Below are positions 37,715-47,020 of a DNA stretch of 64,000 bases, in pieces. This stretch comes from Amphiscolops sp. MND2022 (taxonomy: Eukaryota). Each line of letters begins with the position of its first letter. Positions within the stretch are counted from its first letter, which is position 1. Location of the stretch: NCBI GenBank assembly GCA_964187785.1, contig OZ076409.1, forward strand, positions 19,220,001 through 19,284,000, written 5' to 3'. The notes beneath the pieces are model-generated. The model was not told where the DNA came from. It saw nothing but the letters and a program-made list of their open reading frames with translations, and did not search any database. The position numbers and the translations under genes are program-made.

Positions 37715-40700
37715 ATGGATGGTGATTTTGGTCCTCCTGCTGGTACTGGTGCAAAGTTCGTCAGTGGAAACGAGACAACATTCAATTTCACCGATGATGA
37801 TGTTGTTCCTTCTGACATCGATATTTCTCGTTCTGCTTCGGGTTGGTAAAATCTTTCTGACTTCCTGGGCAATAGGACTATTGTTTTGGTGATCAGCCTT
37901 TTATAGTCTTACCCGTAACTCTGACGCGTCTGAACCAGATCTTGATTTTCAGTAACTCAACCCATTGCGCTGCCCGGGCTTAGCTCCCATACGGAGGCTA
38001 GTCGTTCTTTGGTTCCCGTGGGACTCCCTTCCATTACCGATGCATTTCCGGTTGCCTCTGTCAACGCTATCCTGACGACTGTTCTTGCTGGTTCTGGGCA
38101 TGCTGCTTCTTTCCAGCCTGGTTCCTCTTCGTTGTTAGAGGCTCCCGACGTCAGTACTGGAGTTTCGCGAGATGCCACCGGATTTGGTTCTCAGCTTCAA
38201 GATGCTGCTGTTGTTAGTGAGCCTCGTGGAGGCGAGGCCGTTCCGGCCTCCCCAAAAGAAAGTGGAGGAGGAAGAAATGATGTGGAAGCTGCGACTGTCG
38301 ATGTCATGGAACCAAGTTGTTCTCGTGAGCGGGCTGTGAAGTTTTCGACTCCGCCACCGCAACGTCAAGGTGGTCATTCTCCTAGTTTACAGGAGCTTAT
38401 GGCTGAGGGATGGAGCAGTTAGTTGTTTCTCTTTTTTTTTCTCATCCTTTCCTTTTCTCTTCTCTTCGTTTTGTGGAATGCTTGTATGGAGTTGTTCAAT
38501 TTAGTCTTCTGGTTGGGTTTCTCAGAGTGGTTCGGGATTCCATAGTGTTTCCACCTAATTGTTTTGATGTTTGTTATAGGTGATCCAGAAGCGGAGGAGG
38601 AGGTGTTAGCTTTCCCCGGCAATACTCCGTTGAGTCCGATTGACTTGGCGCAATTTGGGCGTCATCTGATTTCTGAGGTGGAGACTCGGGCAGTACAAAG
38701 TATCGAGACAGGTACGTTAGTATGTCATAGTTGATAGGGGGTTGTTTAGGTGTGGTTGGGGTTTTGGGGTCGCAATATCGTGTGTCATATTTATAGATGG
38801 TTGTGTTATCGTTTGCAGGTTTCACGAAGTTGTCGAAGAAGATTGGAGATCGCTGCCAGCGGCGAGTGCGAACTTATGGGAATCGCAAGCATTTGAAGAG
38901 ACGCATGTTATCTTTGCATCCCGCATATTCCAACTTTGTCAGTGGCTCTAAGTGCGGGGAGCCTACGTCCTTCTTTTGTCGAGTGTGCAATCGAGATGTG
39001 CGGATGAAGGCACAAGGATCTGGCGAGTTTAAACGTCACTTCGCATCTGATGGGCACTGGTTTCGTGACGTGCGCTACAGAGTACATTCAGGGTTGCCCG
39101 TATACAACAGATGGTTGGAGCCTATGGAACTGACTGCCGCTCAGATTGCGGAATACAAAGCTCAACCTTTTGTGGACTTGGCAGAGGGGTTTCCCTTTCC
39201 AGAAGATTTGGTGCCCAAACATGCCCAAGTTGATTCAAAGGTCCCATTTATGACCATGATCTCGGCCGTCTGTGAGTGGCTCCGGAGTGGCGGCGATTTC
39301 ACGTTGCTGCGACGTTTATGGGCGTGTTTCCGAGCTTCTTTGGGTGAGAGGGCGCCCGAATATCAGCTGAATTGGAGTCGTGCTGAGACGGTGGTAAGTA
39401 GGGGTATTACATATTTTTGTGGTCTTTGGGTTCATGAGCTTTGTCTGTATCGTTTTCCCTCTTTTTCCCTTTTTTTTTCTTCTTTTTTCTTTTCTTCTTC
39501 GGGAGGGGGGGGCAGTAGTAGTGTGGTTTTGTAGTCATGGTATTTGTATATTGTTTCAGTCCTTGCTGTGTCGTGGCCTTGCTCCTCGGGTGTTGCGTTT
39601 GGTTCTCAGTGCAGTCGGGACGCGCAATGAATATGCATTGTTCTATGAGAAAGACGCGGATGTGGAACGATGCTTTGTTGTGTGCTGGTTGGATAATGCT
39701 CTGCAGAAAATCTGCATTGGTCAGGAAGTTTTGGACCAGCCTATGCCCAAATCCGAGTTGGTTCCTTTGGCACAGTTCGTCCATAGTGTGCAAAATGCGC
39801 GCCTTCCCTTTTGTGTCAGCGGTGCTAGTCCGGTGCTTCTTCGAGTGATAGAGGACAATCGTACTGATGGGAAACGACTTGTTATGCATCAACAGTTTTC
39901 CGAGGAGGTGTTCCTACAGTGTGTGCGTCAGGCACATCAGGATGTTTTCGGAATGGTAGAGGTGACAAGTTTGGTGGACTATGTCATTTTACGGCTAAAG
40001 AGCGCTGTGTACGAGGACTGGACGGATGGCAAGGTGTTGCTGCGCAAGGCCATTCGTCAAGGTTTCGTTGCCTTCCAGGATCTTCGTGAGGTTCTGACTG
40101 ATTTGGTGGACCTGTGGCCTTCAATTCGCCTGTTCATTAGGTGTACCGGATTGCCTCATGTGAAAGATCAAGCCGACAGTGTGAGTTTGTTGCATGATTT
40201 TTTTTTTCGGGAGGTTCTTCACGGTCGTCTTGTTGGTCATCTGTTGTTTTCCGTCTGCTTAGTTATTTTGTGTTGTTGTTTAGTTGAGAGGTATGGATTC
40301 AACTGTGATCTCAGACGGACTGGTGCCGTATCGTTTTGGGCTGTTGCAATTGATGTTGGATACTTTCCATATTCATTTGCCGAAGTTGAGACAGAGCCGC
40401 AGCGATTATGCATTCCATGGCTATGGTGAATTATGCAATTTCGTATACTGCTTGTTGATGAAGACACGCCAGTTATCAAGTCTTCCAGCTATTCACGATT
40501 GGGATGCATACATGGACGTGGAGAAGGCGGCAAGTTTCCCTGTTGCACCTATAGATGAGTTCTTGGCTCACTGTGATTATGGGAAGTCTCTTTTGTCGTC
40601 GAAAGCGAGCGAGATGCCAAAGTTTCGTGGTCGCTGCAGAGAATTTATCGATCGCCTCGTCACTCTGTTAGTGGAGAGTGCCAGCACTCGTTCCATTGTT

Positions 40701-41576
40701 TCGAAAGGTCTGTGCAGTTTCTGCCCTGAACTGATGTTAGAAGGTGACGATAAGTGTGCGTTTGATTTGTTTTTTGAGCTGTGTGATGGTCTTGTGAGGT
40801 GCGGCGCTTTATCTCGAGAAGAATGCAATGCTGCTGTGGATGAGTATAGTGCGTACGTGATCGAGAAACGCAGGCAGCATAGTCGATTGGAGCGTTCTGC
40901 CAGTTCTATTACGGACATTCGCCGCTACTTGCTGGATGATTTTGGGTTCCAGTCACGACGACATGTACTTCGTGTCTTCAAGTTGTGTTGTTTGCTTGTC
41001 GGTGAGCCCAACCGTGTTAGTCCTCCGTTTACTCTTGATCTGTCGAGTTGTAAACAGGCTGAAGGAAGTGTTCTTCTGTGTTGCAGAGTTGTTCAATCGT
41101 ATGTTTTGAGCGACGGTTATTCTCCGCAGTCATTATTTACTGAGTCATCTATGGGCCTAATTCGAGATGCAGTTTCTGATGCTGGGTTATTTTATATTGG
41201 CTCTGATTTTAACGTGTGGAAAGATTTGTGTGATGCCGGTGTGGACTCGTTTATTGCTTCTTTTTGCGAGCTGTATAAAGAATTTTTGGCAAAGCGACGT
41301 CAATCCAGTGATGAGCATTATACGGAGTGTAATCGAGTCAATCGTTTGTCTCGGGCAGAGCAGGGGTCTCGTAGTAGTTCCGTTGTGCAGAGTAGTTCCA
41401 GTTCTGTTAGTGGAAAAGGGAAAAGTGGTGGAAGTAAAGTTGGTGAAAAGAGCACTGATGGGAAGCAGGTCGGGAAGACGAAGAAGTCTAACGTGCAAGC
41501 TGGTGGTAGTAAAACGACTCCGAAGAAGAAGTCGAAGAAAGACATTGATCCTTCCGTACATCATCATGTCAAGTGA
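37715..41576 (+). CDS. Antisense spliced accessory gene inside the retrotransposon; exons 37715-37841, 37953-38417, 38580-38711, 38819-39393, 39560-40180, 40284-41576 (3213 nt, 1070 aa); BED-like zinc finger plus hAT-transposase-like body
   Basis: Five GT-AG introns (111, 162, 107, 166, 103 nt) with phases 1,1,1,0,0 that join six open segments into one frame; C-x2-C-x16-H-x5-H at 38977-39057. The first exon and start codon are the least certain part. Confidence 0.82.
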
Positions 41577-41722
41577 TTTGTATTGTGACGATTTGTAGAC
41601 TTTTATTATGTTTTGATGGTTCTGAAGGAACTATAATTTTGGCTTTGTTGCTGTTCTCTTTAGTTTAGATGATAATTTTACGTAGCTACTCCGGTTCGGT
41701 TTAGCCTGCTGATTGTTTTCAT

Positions 41723-44700
41723 TTAGTTTTGAGTTTGACGTAAATCGTCCGCTGTAGTTGAGTTTAGCATTCTGAAGTCAGGATCCACGTTGGGTCTCGG
41801 ATTAGGTCTCAAATTGTATCGTCCCACTTTTCTAGGATTGTATCCAACGACTATAGGCGGTAATTCGGGTGTTTTGGGAGGGCTGTGTATCGGTGGTGGG
41901 GTCAAAATATATGGGTTATCGCTGACATCTAGATCAAATGACGTTATATTGTCGGAAGGTGTTTTATCTGCTGCAGTATTTTCATTTGTGGCTGTTTGAG
42001 CCACGTCGCTTTCCGTTGTAGCTTCGTGTGTGGTTGTTTGAACCACGTCATTTTCCACTGTGCTTCCATTGGTGGTTGTTTTAACCACATCATTTTCCGT
42101 TGTAGTTTCGTTGCGTCCTGTTGTGTCTGTGATTTCTGTAACTGTGGCTTCTTCTGCGGCGTTTTCGGTATTGTTTCCGAACAGAACTTCTCCGAATTCG
42201 GTTTCCCAAGCTTGCGCGTACCAATCATTGTGGGTTGTTTTAACCTCTGGGTCTGGAAGATAATCTTCCCTTCTGACTGTTACGTCAGGTACTCGCTGAT
42301 TGGGCGCATATAGCCTTAGGCGAATTCTATGGAGTGTTTGGGTATATCTAGTTCCCGTGCGGCGTACGACGTAGTTGTTGTTCGAGAGTACTTTGACTAC
42401 TATGTAGGGTCCAGTCCAAATGCAATCTTTAAAAGCGAATTTCATCGACTGGTTGTCTGCCTTCGGATTGAGGACGTAACAGTAGTCATTGACTTTGAGC
42501 GGTGTAGCTGTTGCTTTCTTGTCATAGTACTGTTTGTATTTGAGGTAGGATTGCATTAGGTTTTCTTTGGCGGCATGGTGTATTTCGGATATTTGCTTCT
42601 GTAGTTGATCCGTTAGTTCGTCGTTGCTATCTTTTTTCCATTCGGGTTTCAATCCGAGTTTTATGTCTAGGATGTTGTACGGAATGCGTCCGTGAAATAC
42701 TGTTGTAGGTTCACAACCTAGGCTTTCATGATAGCTCGTATTGTAGTTCATGACCGCGATCTGGACATATTTATGCCACATAGAGCGTCGTTCTCCCGTT
42801 GATATCTTTAGGGAGGTTTTCAAAGAGGCATGAGTCCTTTCTAGGATGCCAATTGTTTGAGCGTGTTTCGTTGATGCGTGGCTTATCCGTATATCCAATG
42901 TTTGTGTTATTTGATTGACTACTTCTGATCTGAATTGTGATCCTTTATCTGTTAGAATGACGGTCGGCAGGTAGCAGTGTCGTGTCATGACGTCTATTAT
43001 GCATCGTGCGACTGTTTTGGCTGTCATGTCCTGTGTCGGGTAAGCGAAAAGGTAACGTGAAAAAACGTCCATCATCGTTTTGATGTGTTGGTATCCATTT
43101 GAGGAAGGTAGGTTTGGTAGAATGTCTACTTCTAGGCAGTCTTCTGGTCCCATTGTGAATTCAGTGTTGCTTAGCATTTTAGGGCGTATTTGTCTTGTGT
43201 CAATTCTTTTATTGGCAATGCAGTCTTGACAGCTGGTTACCCAAGCTCTGATTTTACGTGCAAGACCCGGGAAGTAGTATTTCGCTCTGCATTCTTGTAT
43301 CATTTTTGCGATTCCTGGATGTTTATTTGTTTTCCCATGTAGAGTGGCCAAGAGTTCTGGGACTAGGTGTTTCGGAATTATGATTTGATTATGGGTGACT
43401 GATCCGTCTTCTCCGTAGTATTTCCGCATCAGAACTCCATCTTTCATTATGATTCTTTCTTCGTGGCGTAATAGGTTACGTCCTCGTGGTTCGGTTTTGA
43501 GAAGGTGTTTGTCATATTCTTCGTGTGAAATCCGTTGTTTCAGTGCTTTGAGGAGAGGGTCTGCATCTTGCTCGTTTCTGATCCGTGCATTTTCTTTGAT
43601 TGCACCGAAGGAGTAGACTGCGGAGTTGAGTGGTATCTTGATGACTTCGGTTACTTTTGTTGATAATTCTCTCTCATGTTCGTCTAGGGCGCGTCGCTTG
43701 CTGAGTGCTTTTCGGGCAAAGATTTCTTGTTCAGATTCATCTTCGTCATCAGGTAGGAAGAAAAGTTGTTCTTCATCAGCTACATCTGATGATTGTAGAT
43801 TGACCTCAATTGGGGACGTTAGGATGTCGTCTCGTAGCTTAAGTTGTACTTTTTCTTTCGGTGTAAGTTCGAGTCTTGAGAGAAAATCTGCTGCTGTGTT
43901 TTGGGAGCCTGCTACGTGCATGATTCGAAACTTGAATTGTAATACATAGTCGCAGGCATTCCAGAGTGCAGCGGGTGTCGTTTTGGTCTGGAAGAATCTC
44001 GTTACTGAGCGGTTGTCCGTTAAGACCAGGGTTGGAATTGTTGCTTCCCAAAGTATGTGACTGTATTCGAGGAATGCATGATAGATTGCTAAGAATTCCT
44101 TGCAGTAGATAGACATTTTCAGTTGTGCAGGTGAAAAAACTCGTGATCCGAACGCTACTGGTGCGAAAGTTTTCCGTTTGGAGAGTATTTTGCGTTCATC
44201 ATTCTCCTCAATCATGAGGGCGTAGCCTGACGCACGAAAGCTTGCGTCCGTCATTAGGACGTACTGTTTCCCTGCTATAGGCTGTCTTAGTGCGAGTCCA
44301 CAAGCTTCCGCTAAACTGGCGTTGATTTCCCTAAAGTTATCGACAAGTTCTTCTGAAATTCTGATCTTGGAGTCTGCTTTAAGAAGTTCGTACATGCCGA
44401 TGAGTTTTTCTGATAAGCGCGGTATGTAGTTGCGGTAATAGTTAACAAAGCCAATGTACTTTTGAACTTGTTTTTTGGATTTGGGGAAGCGTACTTTGGA
44501 GAGGAAATTTTTGACTTTTTGATCTTGCGGGGCTACTCCGTCAGGGGTGATGGTTCGTCCAAGAAATTCGACTTGGGTTACTCCAAAATGGCATTTTTCG
44601 ATGGTTAGTTTTAGTCCTGCTTTCCGGATGCATTTGAAGACTGCTCTGATATTTTTTATGAGCTGTTCCGTTGTGTTTGCGGCAATGCCAATGTCATCTA

Positions 44701-47020
44701 CGTATTGTGCACATTGATCGGCTTTAATGACTGAGTCCAGATACTCACGCATGAAGCTCGAAAAGGCTGATAGGGCTCTGCTTAGTCCTTGTGCCAGGCG
44801 ACGGTAGGCGAACGTCCTACTAGCAAAATTAAAAGCAAGTAACTCTACTGACCTTTGATCTGCCATTTGAAGGCAGTGATACGCCTGGGAGCAGTCGAGT
44901 TTGCAGAATAGTTTTTTCCCTGCTAGGTGTTGTGCCGCATCTGAGAGGGTGCTGACAGGGTGGTTGTTGTTGATGTAGTCATCTGCTATGAGTGCGTTGA
45001 TTTTGCGCAGATCCACCAGTAGTCTCAGTTTGCCGTTGGGTTTCCGTTGTGCAAATATGGGACTGGCGTACTTGGAGAAAGGGAGTGTCGTGATGATGCC
45101 GTATTTGTGCATCAGTGCCAGTTCCACTGTTAGGTCTTCTTTGAGGTTGATTGGGACGGGTAAACTCTGTGTGTAGACTGGTTTGTCGTCCTGTGGTGTT
45201 AGGCTGACTTTGAACTGTGTATTCATCCCGATATCTAGTCGGTGTCGAGCAAAGATGTCATTGAATTCAACAATGGTGTTCTCAAGTTTTTCACGATCTT
45301 TGCCCGTAATTAGTGAGTCTGTCCATTTGAACATTGATAGAAATTTGTTGCGAGAGTCTTCGTTTTCGGTTGGGTCAAGTTTTTCTAGTTCGGCAAGGTC
45401 TCGCAGTTCTTTCAGGATTCGCTTTTGTATGGGTGAATGTTCTTGTTCGTTGCCTGGGTGTTCTGGGGTTGGGAACCAGAATTTTCCTTCATTGTCTTCT
45501 GGCCGTTCTACTTGCATTAGTGCGTTGATGTACGTGATTACATCGTCATGGTCATTGAGGAGATTCAGGGCGGCAATGTCAACTGGACGGATCATCTTCG
45601 TTTCTTCTGGTTTCAGGATTTGCAGTTCAGCCATTTTGGTGTCGTTGGCTATTGTGTATGGAAAATCCGTGGTGTTGGCGATTTTAATTGGAAGCTTTTT
45701 ATCTCTAGCTGTTGTAATCGCTGGGGCTACTATTACTTTCGCGCATTCATCGAATTGTGGTAGGGGTTGTATTGTGCCCGTTATTGGGTGCTCAATACTC
45801 ACAGGGATTGTTGCGTAGATGACTCGGGTAGAGTGCGCTGGGATTGTATGCTTGGCTTCGGTCTTTATTGTGATGGGTTTGGGATTGCACTTTTGTCTTT
45901 CGTCTGTGAGCGCCATCGTGATTTGAATCTTGGGAAAGTTGATGGTTCCTTGTGCTGTGTCAAGGATTGCGGCATGCTTTCGTAGAAACGCTAATCCAAT
46001 TATGGGGAATGACGTTTGATTCATGATGATGAATGTTTCTTCAAAAGTGTAATCCCCTATCTTGAAGCGTAGAGTGTACGTGGCAAGTGGTTGTTCTAGT
46101 TCGGCATTGGCGTATTGCACTTTGAAAGGGGGTGGAGGTGCTTTGTTAATAATGCATTGACTCGCATTTTGGTGGAGTTTTTCAGCATCCCGTTCGCTAA
46201 TAGCATTAATGTACGCACCTGAGTCGACTAAGGCTTCGATTTTGACAGTGTTGAATTCGATTGGTAGGAAGAGCATTCTCTTTTTCTTCTTGAGGGCAAT
46301 TGCAGACATTAACGGGATGTAGTCGTCTTCCTTGTCGTGCTGGATGAATTCTTTGATGACATCTAGATCTTCTGGTAGTGTTGGGTGACATTCCGTTATT
46401 TCTTCGTCTTCAGCGGCTATTGCTGTGGCTGGCGCGGTTTGTGGTGATGACGAGAGCGAAGCGGTGTTTTCTCGCTGTTCTCTTGCTTGTCGTGACCATA
46501 TTGTTTTGTCTTCAATGCATAAGATGTTTTCGGCATCGATCGGTGTGGACGTGACGGTGACGGGTGCTGTTGGGGACGGTGTTGTTCTTTTTAGGATCGG
46601 TGACGGCGGTGACGGTAGGTTTGTGGTCTTCGTGGTTTGAGCTTGAGGGTTTGAGACTTGTATTTTGAAGGATAGTTTATTTGTACCATAGATGGTTGGT
46701 TCATCCCAAGGGTCACATCTGTAGTCTCTGTCATATATATAAATTCGGTCTGTTTTTGATTCCGGCAACGGTCTTTTGAGTGTCGCATAGTTATCAGGTG
46801 ACTCCGTTATCCACTGGGGTAGTGGTGTTGGGTCGTCTGGGTGTCTGGCGTTATGTCTGAGAATCATGCCTACGTTCCAGCGGCGTTGCCAGTCTTGAGT
46901 TGGTTCTTCATTACATTCAGTTAAAAAATCTTCTTCATACCTGTTTGGGGGGTCCTCTATCGTGTACGCCCTCGCGTCTACTTTTTCCCCAAATCGTAGG
47001 CGCGGCGATTTTAGTTTTTT
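41723..47020 (-). CDS. pol: Pol polyprotein (protease, RT, RNase H, integrase with GPY/F module); frame open from 47050, entered by -1 frameshift
   Basis: ALVDSGA protease; RT LDCSQAYH, QGL, YVDD; RNase H TDAS..KEFLAI..TDN..ADFLSR; integrase H..HPG..C..C, MDVFSRY, TDKGSQF, GILERTH; WTGPYIVV. No internal stops in 1714 aa. Confidence 0.97.
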   Translation of the reverse strand, partial: KKLKSPRLRFGEKVDARAYTIEDPPNRYEEDFLTECNEEPTQDWQRRWNVGMILRHNARHPDDPTPLPQWITESPDNYATLKRPLPESKTDRIYIYDRDYRCDPWDEPTIYGTNKLSFKIQVSNPQAQTTKTTNLPSPPSPILKRTTPSPTAPVTVTSTPIDAENILCIEDKTIWSRQAREQRENTASLSSSPQTAPATAIAAEDEEITECHPTLPEDLDVIKEFIQHDKEDDYIPLMSAIALKKKKRMLFLPIEFNTVKIEALVDSGAYINAISERDAEKLHQNASQCIINKAPPPPFKVQYANAELEQPLATYTLRFKIGDYTFEETFIIMNQTSFPIIGLAFLRKHAAILDTAQGTINFPKIQITMALTDERQKCNPKPITIKTEAKHTIPAHSTRVIYATIPVSIEHPITGTIQPLPQFDECAKVIVAPAITTARDKKLPIKIANTTDFPYTIANDTKMAELQILKPEETKMIRPVDIAALNLLNDHDDVITYINALMQVERPEDNEGKFWFPTPEHPGNEQEHSPIQKRILKELRDLAELEKLDPTENEDSRNKFLSMFKWTDSLITGKDREKLENTIVEFNDIFARHRLDIGMNTQFKVSLTPQDDKPVYTQSLPVPINLKEDLTVELALMHKYGIITTLPFSKYASPIFAQRKPNGKLRLLVDLRKINALIADDYINNNHPVSTLSDAAQHLAGKKLFCKLDCSQAYHCLQMADQRSVELLAFNFASRTFAYRRLAQGLSRALSAFSSFMREYLDSVIKADQCAQYVDDIGIAANTTEQLIKNIRAVFKCIRKAGLKLTIEKCHFGVTQVEFLGRTITPDGVAPQDQKVKNFLSKVRFPKSKKQVQKYIGFVNYYRNYIPRLSEKLIGMYELLKADSKIRISEELVDNFREINASLAEACGLALRQPIAGKQYVLMTDASFRASGYALMIEENDERKILSKRKTFAPVAFGSRVFSPAQLKMSIYCKEFLAIYHAFLEYSHILWEATIPTLVLTDNRSVTRFFQTKTTPAALWNACDYVLQFKFRIMHVAGSQNTAADFLSRLELTPKEKVQLKLRDDILTSPIEVNLQSSDVADEEQLFFLPDDEDESEQEIFARKALSKRRALDEHERELSTKVTEVIKIPLNSAVYSFGAIKENARIRNEQDADPLLKALKQRISHEEYDKHLLKTEPRGRNLLRHEERIIMKDGVLMRKYYGEDGSVTHNQIIIPKHLVPELLATLHGKTNKHPGIAKMIQECRAKYYFPGLARKIRAWVTSCQDCIANKRIDTRQIRPKMLSNTEFTMGPEDCLEVDILPNLPSSNGYQHIKTMMDVFSRYLFAYPTQDMTAKTVARCIIDVMTRHCYLPTVILTDKGSQFRSEVVNQITQTLDIRISHASTKHAQTIGILERTHASLKTSLKISTGERRSMWHKYVQIAVMNYNTSYHESLGCEPTTVFHGRIPYNILDIKLGLKPEWKKDSNDELTDQLQKQISEIHHAAKENLMQSYLKYKQYYDKKATATPLKVNDYCYVLNPKADNQSMKFAFKDCIWTGPYIVVKVLSNNNYVVRRTGTRYTQTLHRIRLRLYAPNQRVPDVTVRREDYLPDPEVKTTHNDWYAQAWETEFGEVLFGNNTENAAEEATVTEITDTTGRNETTTENDVVKTTTNGSTVENDVVQTTTHEATTESDVAQTATNENTAADKTPSDNITSFDLDVSDNPYILTPPPIHSPPKTPELPPIVVGYNPRKVGRYNLRPNPRPNVDPDFRMLNSTTADDLRQTQN
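41995..42120 (-). repeat. Three imperfect 42-nt tandem repeats encoding 14-aa Thr-rich units in the integrase C-terminal tail
   Basis: TTENDVVKTTTNGS / TVENDVVQTTTHEA / TTESDVAQTATNEN. Confidence 0.8.
46965..47020 (-). promoter_or_regulatory. Programmed -1 ribosomal frameshift signal (A AAA AAC plus downstream stem-loop)
   Basis: gag ends CCA AAA AAC TAA; pol frame reads AAA AAA CTA AAA TCG; downstream CGCGCCTAC..GTAGACGCG can pair. Confidence 0.8.

Noticed and set aside
37450-37872. Third accessory ORF (140 aa, Lys-rich) on -
   Set aside because: Overlaps exon 1 and the T-rich leader of the antisense gene; its Lys-richness mirrors + strand T-runs. Not fully excluded without RNA data.
39419-40429. 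Stand-alone 336-aa membrane protein with hydrophobic ends
   Set aside because: The hydrophobic N- and C-termini are translations of T-rich introns; only 39560-40180 is exon.
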